Positions 9,230 through 19,039 are shown, counted from the first letter of the stretch. The stretch is 64,000 bases of DNA from an uncultured Christensenella sp. (GCA_948468595.1 CAOKIU010000002.1:369-64368), one strand, 5' to 3'. Notes: generated from the sequence alone by a model not told the origin. Program-made: numbers and translations.

Positions 9230-10642
9230 TTAAACCTGGATCTTTGTCCACTTGCCGGAGCTAAAGCGCGGCAAGGTGGCCAGCAGGCGGCTGTACTGGT
9301 CCAGGATCAGTCCAACCCACGCGCCGATTAAGCCGAAGTTGAGCGGGTAACACAGCACGTAGGAGAGCACTGGCCTTAAGAACAGGATGCTGACAAAGGA
9401 GACCATGGCAACATACTTGGTGTCGCCCGCGCCGCGCAGGCAGCCGGAGAACACCACCTGCGAGGTCTGGGCAAAGGTGATAATCGCGGTGAAATAGAGC
9501 AGGGGGATGCCCGCCCGAATGATCGCGGGGTCGTCGGTGAACAGGCGCATAATGGGCTCGGCACAGGTAAAGAACGCCACGCACAGCCCCGAGGAGATGC
9601 ACATGGCCAGCCGGTTGCCCACCTTGCCATAGATGATGGATAGATCCGGCCGGCGCGCGCCCAGGTTCTGCCCCACCAGGGAGGCGCAGGCCACCGACAG
9701 CCCATCGCCAAAGGTGAAGGACATGCTCATGGCGTTCATGACGATTTGGTGCGTGGCAAAGGCGTCGGTGCCCAGGCCCGCGATGATCTTGGCATAGGTA
9801 AAAAAGCCCACGCGCATGAATACCTGCTCCACAAAGGCGCTGGAGGAGATGGACCACATGCTCTTTAGGGAGAACTTGTCCATCATCCAACTGCACCGAA
9901 TGCGCATCGAGAGGAACCCATCGTGATACAGCAGGGAGGCGATCGCAATCACCAGCGACACGGCCGAGCCGATGACCGTGGCGATGGCCGCGCCCGCGAT
10001 GCCCAGGCGCGGGAAGCCGAAATTGCCGCCGATGAGCAGGTAGTTGAAGACCATGTTGATGCCGTTGGCGGCAAGGTTGGTCACCATGGAGATCTTGGTG
10101 TTGCCCGCGCCGCGCTGGGCGGCGTTGATGGTCATGGACAGGCCGTTGAAGATGGTGCCCAGCATGATGATCTGAAAATAGATCACCGCCATGTCGATGA
10201 TGTCCTCGCCTGCGCCCGCAAAGCGCATCATCGGCCGCGCAAAGGCAAAGCCCAAGCCCCCGAAGATCAGCGAAATCACCGCGCCCAGGAGAATGGAAAA
10301 GCGCAGGCATTGGTTGGCGCCCTTTCGGTCCATACCGCCCTTGCGCCGCGCCACAATCGCCGTGACCGAGACGTTGAGGGACATAATGATGGCCAGCACG
10401 ATCATCTTGGGCTGATTGGTCAATCCCACGGCGGCAATCGCGCCGGCGCCCAGCGTGCTGACCATGATGGTATCAATGACGCCCACCAGCCCCACCAGCA
10501 CCGCTTCCAGCGTCGAAGGCCAGGCGATGCGGAAGGCCGTGGCGTAGATCTCTTTGGTCGGCGGAATCACTCCGCACACCTGATCCGGTCGAATCATGTG
10601 CGCGGGAATGAAGAAGTTGCGTATTCGATCCAGCAATCCCAT
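9230..10642 (-). CDS. MATE family efflux transporter
   Basis: IAWP..DTIMVS, RGAGNTK and RGAGDTK repeats, about 12 TM segments. TTGCAT-17-TATAAT promoter at 10709-10681. Confidence 0.92.
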   Translation of the reverse strand: MGLLDRIRNFFIPAHMIRPDQVCGVIPPTKEIYATAFRIAWPSTLEAVLVGLVGVIDTIMVSTLGAGAIAAVGLTNQPKMIVLAIIMSLNVSVTAIVARRKGGMDRKGANQCLRFSILLGAVISLIFGGLGFAFARPMMRFAGAGEDIIDMAVIYFQIIMLGTIFNGLSMTINAAQRGAGNTKISMVTNLAANGINMVFNYLLIGGNFGFPRLGIAGAAIATVIGSAVSLVIAIASLLYHDGFLSMRIRCSWMMDKFSLKSMWSISSSAFVEQVFMRVGFFTYAKIIAGLGTDAFATHQIVMNAMSMSFTFGDGLSVACASLVGQNLGARRPDLSIIYGKVGNRLAMCISSGLCVAFFTCAEPIMRLFTDDPAIIRAGIPLLYFTAIITFAQTSQVVFSGCLRGAGDTKYVAMVSFVSILFLRPVLSYVLCYPLNFGLIGAWVGLILDQYSRLLATLPRFSSGKWTKIQV

Positions 10643-10747
10643 AGTCGACGGTTCCCCCCTGATTTGTGTTTTTCTCTTTTATTATATCGCATACGGGGGG
10701 GAAATGCAAATTAGCGGAGGAAGCCATCGTTTGCTGAGAAAAGAAAA

Positions 10748-11140
10748 ATGGTTATAAAGGCCCAAATAGAAAACTTGCACATTGTGGCGGGCTTGGCGGC
10801 ACTTTTGTGGAATCATCATTCCGCTGATGGACGCAATCAAGAGTTTACCGTGCTCGCTTTATCGGGCAGCGCCCAGTTTTTCCTAAAATATGAGGGCGGC
10901 GTTCCCGTCGGCTTCGCACAATGCCAGCTGCGGCACGATTATGTGGAAGGAACCGCTACAACGCCCGTGGGTTACTTGGAAGGGATCTTTGTTCAGCAGG
11001 CGCATCGCCGCAAGGGTTACGCACGGGAGCTGCTTTCCGCCTGCGAGGCCTGGACAAGGGACAAGGCTCGCTGGAGCGTCCCCCTCGGAGAGCGCACGGC
11101 TGCCGCCAGGCAGTACCATCGCCGATCCTGCCGGTGGTGA
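10748..11140 (+). pseudogene. Truncated AAC(6')-I-like GNAT acetyltransferase
   Basis: GFAQCQLRHDYVEGT..PVGYLEGIFV...RRKGYARELL..CEAW matches AAC(6')-I. The C-terminal EFASD...FH..GF part is lost after about 11065. Confidence 0.7.
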
Positions 11141-11252
11141 GTAAGTGCGCACTTAGAAAAAGGTCGGCATCTTGTAACCGTTTCCTTGATGCGCTATAAT
11201 TCCAACACGGCTCAACGGAGCGACAAATCTATGTTTTGATGAGAGAAAAAAT

Positions 11253-11756
11253 ATGAAAAAGCATCTATTTTTAATTGGCGGTGCAAGTGGATCTGGTAAA
11301 ACCGCAATCTGCCAAATGTTAGCGGGAACAATTGACAAGGTTATTTGCTTGGATGGCGATTCTTTGTGGCATCCTCAAATATTCAATTTGGAAAATACGA
11401 TGCAATTCTATGACCTGTGGTTTAAACTGGCAAATGACATTACAGACAATGGTGTGTCTGTGGCCATCTTCCATGCAGGCCTCGGCCTACCAGAAAATTT
11501 GACTTCGTTTGCAAGAGATACCTTTGATGTTCATTTCTTAACTCTATATTGTTCAAATGAAGAACTGGAGTTCAGATTGCTTTCAAGACCCGAATGGAAG
11601 AACTCAGGCGAAAGTGCAATAGGTTTTATAAATGCGATGAAAGGGATGAATATGAAGTACCAACATTTGCCAGTTAAGACTAAAATTGACACGTCCGATG
11701 TATCGCTTTCTGAAAGTTCTTCAAAAGTTAAAGAGTGGATTTTGTCGTGTATGTAA
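11253..11756 (+). CDS. P-loop small-molecule/nucleoside kinase-like (AAA_33-type) protein, AT-rich
   Basis: GGASGSGKT, LDGD, L..RL..R lid and IDTS. Own TTGTAA-17-TATAAT promoter at 11172-11200. Confidence 0.75.
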   Translation: MKKHLFLIGGASGSGKTAICQMLAGTIDKVICLDGDSLWHPQIFNLENTMQFYDLWFKLANDITDNGVSVAIFHAGLGLPENLTSFARDTFDVHFLTLYCSNEELEFRLLSRPEWKNSGESAIGFINAMKGMNMKYQHLPVKTKIDTSDVSLSESSSKVKEWILSCM

Positions 11757-11780
11757 GCTCCTGTTTGTAGGGCTGTAAAA

Positions 11781-11824
11781 GGGGACATGACCGCCCATCG
11801 GCGTGTCATGTCCCCATCTGTTTT
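11781..11824 (+). terminator. Intrinsic terminator
   Basis: GGGGACATGAC...GTCATGTCCCC followed by ATCTGTTTT. Confidence 0.75.
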
Positions 11825-11883
11825 GCGTCCGCCCTCCTTTCAGCCTGGCGCTTCACTTTGCCACAAATGAGCCGCCAGCCATG

Positions 11884-11985
11884 TGTATTAGGTAGGTGAA
11901 ACTACCCTTTATACAATAACTCTCACCAGGCGATGCATTTCACCCAGGTAAATCGCATTGTCTGTTTTGCATTGTCTGTTTTGCC
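11884..11985 (+). ncRNA. Orphan structured RNA / riboswitch-like attenuator remnant
   Basis: Hairpin GGTAG-GTGAAA-CTACC, then stem AGGCGATGC..GCATTGTCT followed by GTTTT. There is no downstream + strand gene. Confidence 0.35.
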
Positions 11986-12010
11986 AAGAAGCTGCCTGGC
12001 CGGGTAGGCT

Positions 12011-12065
12011 AGCGCGCAAAACGCCCCGCACCGGTGGTTTCGCCGGTACGGGGCGTTTGCGCGCT
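12011..12065. terminator. Long hairpin terminator for the 12078 gene
   Basis: GCGCGCAAAACGCCCCG...CGGGGCGTTTGCGCGC. Confidence 0.7.
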
Positions 12066-12077
12066 TAAAAGCATGCG

Positions 12078-13328
12078 TCACTCCAAGGAGATGACGTTCT
12101 CCTCCTGCTCCGGGCTGTCCTGACGAATGTAGCGCAATTCACCCGCCACGCGCCGCATCGCAAACAGCGGCACGCCCTCCAGCACCTGGCGCACGTCGCC
12201 ATCGCTGGTGCGGTAGCGGTAGAGCTGGCTGTCCTGCTCCTCCAAGTAGTAGACGTTATCCCCCAGCACGGCCAGCGCCGTGGGCTGCGCCTGCGCCACC
12301 TCGATGACGTCCCCGCTGCTCAGGTCGAACCGGAACACGCCGTCCAGGCCCTCCATGCGCGTAAAGTAAAGGGCGTTGCCCGCAGTTTCCACGTCGGCAT
12401 AGGGCGCTTCTTTGACCCCGGTTAAGATCTCCGCGTCGCAGTCGAGCAGCGCGCGGTTTTCGCTCGTATAGGTATTCCACCCGTTTTTCTCCGATAGCTC
12501 CCGATCGCTCAGGCCAAAGAGGGTCAGCGCCTGGCCGCCGTTTAGGCCAGACTCCACCTGCGGATCGCAGTGGAAGGACATGCCCTCCATCGTCAGCACG
12601 TTCCAGGCGTGCGTCCCGTCCTCGGAGAAGACGACGGTGTTTTGCACGCCGATCTGGTCCAGCAAAAAGCTGTAGGCATAGGCGTATGCGCTCTCCACGC
12701 CCTTGCCCAGCACCAGCGCGCCGTACAGGCCGCCATCCGCCGCCTCATAGTCCTCTTCAATGGTCTGTGCCACGTATTTATACAGCGCCACCGCCGCGGA
12801 AAGCTGCGTGCACCCCTCCGGGATCGTCGTCTCCAGGATGAGGCTTACCGCCTCGTCGAACTTCTGCGCGTTCAAGGCGCGCTCCTCCACGTCCTCCGTC
12901 GCGTAGGTCAGCTTGATCGCGCCCTCCTGGTCGCGGGTGATGTCGGTCAGCGTCCCCCACGGGTTCCGGCTGAGCAGGAACGCGCGCACGCCCTCAAACT
13001 GTTCGTCCGTAAAGGCAAGGCCCTGGGGGTCCGCCTCGTCGCTGCCCGCGCGGATGCTGCTGGTAAGCAGCGCGTAGAGCTCGCTGGAAAAGGTCTCGCT
13101 CTGGGCGAAGGCGCTGGGCACGGTCTCCGGGCGGTAGACCGCCTTGCCGGCAATCGCGCTTCCCGGCAGGGGCGTGGCCGTGCTCTGCGCCGGGCTGGGC
13201 TCGGGCGTGCTCTCGGGCAGGGACACCACGTCTTGGCTGGGCGCCGCGGTCCCGTCCACATGCGGCGCAGCGCAGCCCGTCATCAGAAGCAGAAGCGCCA
13301 CCGCGCCCGCGATCCATCTTTTTTTCAT
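12078..13328 (-). CDS. Lipoprotein with a transglutaminase-like domain and a C-terminal beta-propeller-like region
   Basis: Lipobox MTGC; YGALVLGKGVESAYAYAY..LL..IG and HAWN....D; repeated YYL/LYR beta strands. Confidence 0.75.
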   Translation of the reverse strand: MKKRWIAGAVALLLLMTGCAAPHVDGTAAPSQDVVSLPESTPEPSPAQSTATPLPGSAIAGKAVYRPETVPSAFAQSETFSSELYALLTSSIRAGSDEADPQGLAFTDEQFEGVRAFLLSRNPWGTLTDITRDQEGAIKLTYATEDVEERALNAQKFDEAVSLILETTIPEGCTQLSAAVALYKYVAQTIEEDYEAADGGLYGALVLGKGVESAYAYAYSFLLDQIGVQNTVVFSEDGTHAWNVLTMEGMSFHCDPQVESGLNGGQALTLFGLSDRELSEKNGWNTYTSENRALLDCDAEILTGVKEAPYADVETAGNALYFTRMEGLDGVFRFDLSSGDVIEVAQAQPTALAVLGDNVYYLEEQDSQLYRYRTSDGDVRQVLEGVPLFAMRRVAGELRYIRQDSPEQEENVISLE

Positions 13329-13349
13329 ATTTTGTTCACCTCTCTAAAA

Positions 13350-13393
13350 CGAAAAGCGACTGACAAAATTGCGCTTTCGTCGGTCGCTTTTCG
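13350..13393 (-). terminator. Intrinsic terminator after prsA
   Basis: CGAAAAGCGAC...GTCGCTTTTCG. Confidence 0.7.
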
Positions 13394-13418
13394 CGTGATC
13401 ATGCTTATTTCTCCACAA

Positions 13419-14615
13419 TTAGAGCTTGTTGCTCTTGATCTCTACGTTGGCCTCGCTGATCCAGGCATCCACCTGCTCATCGTATTTCTGGCTCTTCTTG
13501 TCGTTGAGCATCGCTTCCATCAGCGCATCCTTGACGTCCTCAAACTTGGCTTCGCCCGCGGGCAGCGTGTCAACCCTACGGATGATGTGGTAGCCAAAGT
13601 CCGTGCCCACCAGGCCCGTGGTCATGCCGTCGGCCGTCAGGCCCTCGCACGCCTTGGCAAACTCCGCCACAAATCCGGTGTCGCCGGCATAGGTCAGGTA
13701 GCCGTCCTTGTAGTTTTCGTTCTTCATGCCCGGGTCCTCGCCGTATTCCTCCATCAGCGCGTCAAAATCGCCGCCATCGTTGACAAGGCCCAGCACGGTA
13801 TCCGCCTTTTCCTTGATGGTCAAAAGGTACTCCTCCCGCTTGGCGTCGGCGGTCGCCGCAACGGCTTCGTCATCGTCGGCGCGCAGATCGGTGATCTCCT
13901 TCTTCTGCTCATCGGTAAGGCCAATGAGAATGTGCTTGACAAAGAAAGCTCCCTCGGGCGTGTAATAGAGGGTCCGGCCGCTTTCATAGGCGCTGATGAA
14001 GCTGGCAAGGTCCTTTTCATAGGTCTCCTTGTCCGCCTTGGCCTTCTGCGCGAACTCCAGCTTGGCCTCCTCCTCGGTCACGGTGACTTCGCCCGTCACA
14101 TGATCGTAGAGCTTCTGGGTGGAAACCGCGGCGATCTCCTCTTCCTTCATGTCCTCCAAGGTGATGCCGTACTGATCCAGATAGTCCTCAATGGTAGAAG
14201 CCGCCTTCTCCTCGGGATTTTCGACGCTCTCATCCGCCTTGAACTGCTCCAGGAGCATCGCGTACTGCTCGTCGTACCAGTCCTGTACCCGCTGCTCGGC
14301 CTCGGCCTTTTCCGCATCGGTCACGGTGTCAAAGCCCAGCTCCTTGATCTTGTTTTCCAGCACGAGGTTTTCCACCATGGAGTCAATGTAATTCTGCTTA
14401 AGATCCTTCAGCTGTTCGGCGATCTCCTCGCTCTCCTGCGTGTAACCAAACTGCGAAAGGAACGAATTGAACTGCTGATCGAACTCCGCCTTGGTGATCT
14501 GCTGATCCCCCACGGTCGCCACCACGATTTTTTCGGTGTTGACCGTCACCAGCGAGCAGCCTGCAAGCGCCGTGACCGCAAGCGCGGCGGCCAGCAGCTT
14601 GATAAACTTCTTCAT
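13419..14615 (-). CDS. prsA: Foldase PrsA-like peptidyl-prolyl isomerase lipoprotein
   Basis: Lipobox LAGC, VATV..ITK, parvulin VKHILI, EDPG and FGYHIIR; downstream of mfd. Confidence 0.8.
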   Translation of the reverse strand: MKKFIKLLAAALAVTALAGCSLVTVNTEKIVVATVGDQQITKAEFDQQFNSFLSQFGYTQESEEIAEQLKDLKQNYIDSMVENLVLENKIKELGFDTVTDAEKAEAEQRVQDWYDEQYAMLLEQFKADESVENPEEKAASTIEDYLDQYGITLEDMKEEEIAAVSTQKLYDHVTGEVTVTEEEAKLEFAQKAKADKETYEKDLASFISAYESGRTLYYTPEGAFFVKHILIGLTDEQKKEITDLRADDDEAVAATADAKREEYLLTIKEKADTVLGLVNDGGDFDALMEEYGEDPGMKNENYKDGYLTYAGDTGFVAEFAKACEGLTADGMTTGLVGTDFGYHIIRRVDTLPAGEAKFEDVKDALMEAMLNDKKSQKYDEQVDAWISEANVEIKSNKL

Positions 14616-14735
14616 TGTAACGTATCTCCCTTTCTTTACAAGACAGTCGTATCCTCGGGCACTGGTCCATTATACATGATAATGGGTTGGGATGCAAACA
14701 CAATTCTGTGTCCAATTTTTGAACAATGCTTAAAC

Positions 14736-15425
14736 TCAATTGGTTTGCGCATCGAGAACCTGCTTTAGCTCCTCCTGCCCGCATTGGTACATTTCACTGA
14801 CCTCCTTGAGCAGGTCTTCATAAAACCTTACGGCTGTATTCCTTCTCTTGCCCGCGAGCTCTTTCCCGCTGCGGGTATAGAACGTTGAATAAATTTTTTC
14901 CAATTTATATCTGTATTCCTGGAAGAAGGAGGGCTGTGCATCCCCCGCGCCGTCCGACACCGTCCCATCCGGCAGCACCCTATAAATGGGTTCGGAAACA
15001 AACCCCTTGTATATCAGCGTTCTTGCCAAGCCAATCGCGCCGGCCGCATCCAGTTTATCCGCGTCAAACAGGATCTTGGCTTCCAGGCTTTCCGGCTCGC
15101 AGTTCTTTCTATACCGGTGCGTCTGAATGCAGTGCTTTACTTTTTCCGCAAAATCCACCGCAAATCCATGCTCCACCAAGAAATCAAACGCCTTTTCTCC
15201 GCCCAGGGTCGCATGGCAGATCTCGGGATTGGAGAACTGATCGACGCGGGCAATGTCGTGCAGCAGGCAGGAGGCAACCAAAACATCATAATCGACATGG
15301 CGCTCCGATTTGGCAATCATCAGCGCGTTGTACAGCACCCGATAAATGTGCTCGCGGTCATGCGCGCTGTCGCGCATGCAAGAGAGCATGTATTCTTCCA
15401 TCGTCCTATATTGTACTTGATCCAT
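14736..15425 (-). CDS. HD-domain phosphohydrolase
   Basis: HDREHIYRV, LLHDI, H..THRY and DADKLD; AT-richer than its neighbours. Confidence 0.88.
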   Translation of the reverse strand: MDQVQYRTMEEYMLSCMRDSAHDREHIYRVLYNALMIAKSERHVDYDVLVASCLLHDIARVDQFSNPEICHATLGGEKAFDFLVEHGFAVDFAEKVKHCIQTHRYRKNCEPESLEAKILFDADKLDAAGAIGLARTLIYKGFVSEPIYRVLPDGTVSDGAGDAQPSFFQEYRYKLEKIYSTFYTRSGKELAGKRRNTAVRFYEDLLKEVSEMYQCGQEELKQVLDAQTN

Positions 15426-15475
15426 TCCTCTTCCCTCGCCTTCATCTTTGTTTCGCGGCCTGCGCTTCGGCGCTT

Positions 15476-18400
15476 TTACAGCCTCTCCATCTCCCGCAGC
15501 AGCTGCTCCACCGCGTCCACGGCCTTCTCCATCAACACCTCGGTCTCGCCCTTTTCATCGAGCACCAGCGCCGTGCTGGTTCCCACCCGTTGCAGCGCCA
15601 GGCGCTGCTTTTTCATCCGCCCCAGCGCGGTGACGAGCTTCCCCGCGTCCACCTTAGCATAGGGGGAAAAGCGCATTAGGATTCTCCCGCCGCGCATGAA
15701 GACCATCTCCACGCCCAGGCGCGCGCATAGCGACTTGAGCAGCGCGATCCAAAGCAAGTGCTCCGCCTCCACGGGCACGTCGCCAAAGCGGTCAATGAGC
15801 TCATCCATGGCATCGCGCCAATCCTCGCGGTTCTCAATGGCCGCAATGCGCTTGTAGACCTCCATGCGCACCTGGTCGCCCTGCACAAACTCGATGGGCA
15901 AGTAGGCGTCCACGCGCAGCTCCACCTTGGTTTCGATTTCGGTATCCAAGCCCGCCTGGCCGCGCAGCTCCGCCACCGTCTCCTCCATCAATTTGCAGTA
16001 AAGGTCGTATCCCACGTCCGCAAGCTGGCCGTGTTGCTGGCTGCCCAGCAGATTGCCCGCCCCGCGGATCTCCAAGTCGCGCATGGCGATTTTAAATCCC
16101 GAGCCGAACTGCGTGAACTCGCGTATGGCCGAGAGGCGCTTTTCCGCGACCTCGGTGAGCACCTTGTTGGGCGGCACCGTGAGGTAGCAGTACGCCAGGC
16201 GGTTGGAGCGCCCCACGCGCCCCCGCAACTGGTAGAGCTGCGACAGGCCGAAGCGGTCCGCGTCGCAAACGATCATGGTGTTGGCCGCGGGCACGTCCAG
16301 GCCGGACTCGATGATGGTGGAGCAGACCAGCACGTCAAACTTGCCCTCGTAGAAGTCGAGCATGACGTCCTCCAGGCTGTTCTCCCGCATCTGCCCATGG
16401 CCCACGGCCACGCGCGCCTCGGGCACCAGGCGGCAGATGTGCTCGTAAAACCGCTCGATGCTGCGCACGCGGTTGTAGAGGATGTAGACCTGCCCCTGGC
16501 GGGAAAGCTCGCGCAGGATGGCGTCCCTGAGCAGCGCGTCGGAGAGCTCCAGCACATAGGTCTGCACGGGGTACCTTTCCTCGGGCGGCGTCTCCAACAG
16601 GGACATGTCGCGGATGCCCACCATTGACATGTGCAGCGTGCGCGGAATGGGCGTGGCCGAAAGGGTGAGCACGTCCACGGTGTTCTTGAGCTGCTTGAGC
16701 TTTTCCTTATGCGCCACGCCAAAGCGCTGCTCCTCATCGACAATGACCAGCCCCAGGTCCTTAAACCGCACGTCCTTGCCCAGCAGGCGGTGCGTGCCGA
16801 TGAGAATATCCACCTTCCCCTCCTTTAGCTGCTCCAACACCTGCTTTTGCTCCTGCGGCGTGCGGAACCGGGAGAGCATCTCAATGCGCACGGGGAAGTG
16901 CTTGAACCGCTTTTTCACCGATTGAAAGTGCTGTTGGGCGAGCACCGTGGTGGGCACCAGGAAGGCCACCTGCTTGGAGTCCATCACGGCCTTGAACGCC
17001 GCGCGCACCGCCACCTCGGTCTTTCCGTACCCCACGTCGCCGCAGAGCAGGCGGTCCATGGGGTAGGGTTTTTGCATGTCCTCCTTGATCTCTTGAATGC
17101 ATTGGAGCTGGTCTGGCGTCTCCTCATAGGGGAAGTCGTCCTCAAAGTCCCGCTGCCAGGGCGTATCCTGGGAAAAAGCAAATCCGGGCGTCATCTGCCG
17201 GGCCGCATAGAGCTTGATCAGCTCGTCGGCCATTTCGCGGATCTCGCTTTTGACGCGCGCCTTGCTGCGGCTCCACTCCGCGCCCCCCAGCTTGTTGAGC
17301 TTGGGGGTCTTGTTCTCCATGCCGATGTACTTTTGCACGCGGTCCAGTTGATCGGTGGGAACGTAGAGCGCGTCGCTGCCCTGGTATTGAATGTGCAGGT
17401 AGTCGCGCGTCTTGCCCTCCATGGTCATGCGCACCGTTCCCGTATATACGCCCACGCCGTGACTCTCATGTACGACATAATCCCCAATTTTCAGGTCGGT
17501 AAAGGCCTGTATCTTCTGCCCCGCCTTGTGCCTGCGGCGCGCCGCGCGCTGCCGGGTGGTGCCAAACAAATCTGCGTCGCCCAAAAACACCGCCCCGGCC
17601 TGAGGCAGCTCGAATCCCCGCGTAAGGCCAATGGGCAGCACCGCCATGCGCCCCGGGGAGAGCGCGCGCGGCTCCTCCTCAAACTGGACGGGCAGCCCCT
17701 TATCCCTCAGCGTCTCGGCCAGCCGCTCGCCGCGCGCCCGGCCGCCCGAGAGCAGCGCGACCGCCATTCCCTTATTGCGGTAGTCCTCCATCTGCTCCGC
17801 CAACAGCGCGTTCTGCCCCTGAAAATCCGGCGCCTGGCGCGTCTCCAAGTTGCACACGGCGGAGAGTTTCATCTCCCCAAGACCCACGGAGAGCAGGCCC
17901 AGAATCACGCTCTTGCGCTTGTGCAGGATGCGGGAGAAGTTGTCCCAGGTATCCATCAGCGCCTGTTGGCCGGGGAAGCCCTCCCCGCGCTCCAGCGCGC
18001 TCTCCAACTGCGCGGCAAACTCCAGCCCCATGTTGATCGCGCGCTCGCGCAGGCGCCCAATTTCGTCCAGGATCACAAGCTGCGGGTCGAAATAATCGCT
18101 AAAGTAGGTGGTTTTTTCATATAAATAGGGAATGAAATTCTCCAGCGCCTCGGTGCGCCGGCCCTCCCTTAGGCTCTCTACGGTCTCGCGCCGCTTGGAG
18201 CCCGCCGCGCCCGTCACGGCAATCTCGCCGCCCTCCTCCTGGCTCAGCCAGGGGGCTTCCTTGTATTGCGCGCCGCCCTTGGGCGCGCCCCTTAGGCTCT
18301 CTAACTCCTTTTCCAGCAGCGCCGCCGCGCGCCGCATTTCCTGCCCGCCGGCCACGGCCTCGGTGGCGGGGTAGATTTCGCAGGGCCCGTCCACAGGGTT

Positions 18401-19039
18401 GGATCGCTGCGTCATCACGTCCAGCTCGCGCACCGAGTCCACCTCGTCGTCAAAGAGCTCCACGCGGTAGGCCGAAAGCGCCTGCACGGGATAGACGTCC
18501 AGGATGCCGCCGCGCACCGCGAACTGTCCCCGTCCTTCCACCACGTCCTCGCGCGCATAGCCCGCGCGCGTCAGGCGCGCCGCGATATCGTCCAGATCCA
18601 CCTGGTCCCCCGGCTCCAACCGGATGAGGGAGGCGCGAAAACCCTCCAACGGCATCAGCGGGGTGAGCAGCGCCTCCACCGGCGCGACGACCACTTGCGT
18701 TTCGCCGCCCAGCAGCTTGCCCAGAACGGAAATGCGCTTGTGGATCAGCTCGCGGCTCTCGGCCGCCATGTGGTAGAGCGTCATTTCCCGGGCCGGGAAG
18801 TGCAGCGCCGTTACGCCCAGGCGCGTCAAGTCCTCCGCCATGCGCATGGCGGCCTGGTCGCCGGTGGTGACTACCAACGTGGTGTTGCCCTGGGAAAGCG
18901 CGCCGGCCACCACCGTCTTGGCCCCTTCCGCCAGCCCAAAGACCGCCACCGGTTTGCCCGCGGACTTGCCCAGGGCGCGCACCGCCTCCTGGTAGCCCTG
19001 TGTGCGAAGCAGCGGCTGCAAAAAAAGGTCAGAAATCAT
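15476..19039 (-). CDS. mfd: Transcription-repair coupling factor
   Basis: UvrB-like N-terminus, CarD-like RID (VVHESHGVG), GDVGYGKTE, DEEQRFG, QLRGRVGR and TRG motif. Confidence 0.97.
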   Translation of the reverse strand: MISDLFLQPLLRTQGYQEAVRALGKSAGKPVAVFGLAEGAKTVVAGALSQGNTTLVVTTGDQAAMRMAEDLTRLGVTALHFPAREMTLYHMAAESRELIHKRISVLGKLLGGETQVVVAPVEALLTPLMPLEGFRASLIRLEPGDQVDLDDIAARLTRAGYAREDVVEGRGQFAVRGGILDVYPVQALSAYRVELFDDEVDSVRELDVMTQRSNPVDGPCEIYPATEAVAGGQEMRRAAALLEKELESLRGAPKGGAQYKEAPWLSQEEGGEIAVTGAAGSKRRETVESLREGRRTEALENFIPYLYEKTTYFSDYFDPQLVILDEIGRLRERAINMGLEFAAQLESALERGEGFPGQQALMDTWDNFSRILHKRKSVILGLLSVGLGEMKLSAVCNLETRQAPDFQGQNALLAEQMEDYRNKGMAVALLSGGRARGERLAETLRDKGLPVQFEEEPRALSPGRMAVLPIGLTRGFELPQAGAVFLGDADLFGTTRQRAARRRHKAGQKIQAFTDLKIGDYVVHESHGVGVYTGTVRMTMEGKTRDYLHIQYQGSDALYVPTDQLDRVQKYIGMENKTPKLNKLGGAEWSRSKARVKSEIREMADELIKLYAARQMTPGFAFSQDTPWQRDFEDDFPYEETPDQLQCIQEIKEDMQKPYPMDRLLCGDVGYGKTEVAVRAAFKAVMDSKQVAFLVPTTVLAQQHFQSVKKRFKHFPVRIEMLSRFRTPQEQKQVLEQLKEGKVDILIGTHRLLGKDVRFKDLGLVIVDEEQRFGVAHKEKLKQLKNTVDVLTLSATPIPRTLHMSMVGIRDMSLLETPPEERYPVQTYVLELSDALLRDAILRELSRQGQVYILYNRVRSIERFYEHICRLVPEARVAVGHGQMRENSLEDVMLDFYEGKFDVLVCSTIIESGLDVPAANTMIVCDADRFGLSQLYQLRGRVGRSNRLAYCYLTVPPNKVLTEVAEKRLSAIREFTQFGSGFKIAMRDLEIRGAGNLLGSQQHGQLADVGYDLYCKLMEETVAELRGQAGLDTEIETKVELRVDAYLPIEFVQGDQVRMEVYKRIAAIENREDWRDAMDELIDRFGDVPVEAEHLLWIALLKSLCARLGVEMVFMRGGRILMRFSPYAKVDAGKLVTALGRMKKQRLALQRVGTSTALVLDEKGETEVLMEKAVDAVEQLLREMERL

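Noticed and set aside
11235-11245. TTTGATGAGAG shared with the minus strand at 50220-50230, both near GNAT relics
   Set aside because: Only 11 nt and in RBS-like context, so it could easily be chance.
11888-11910. Resemblance of GGTAGGTGAAACTACC to the start of the M-box (ykoK) riboswitch
   Set aside because: The rest of the M-box core is missing and no Mg transporter gene follows.
14732-14746. AAACTCAATTGGTTT, similar to the Xre operator core
   Set aside because: It needs a 1-nt gap, is a single copy, and overlaps the HD gene stop. Too weak.
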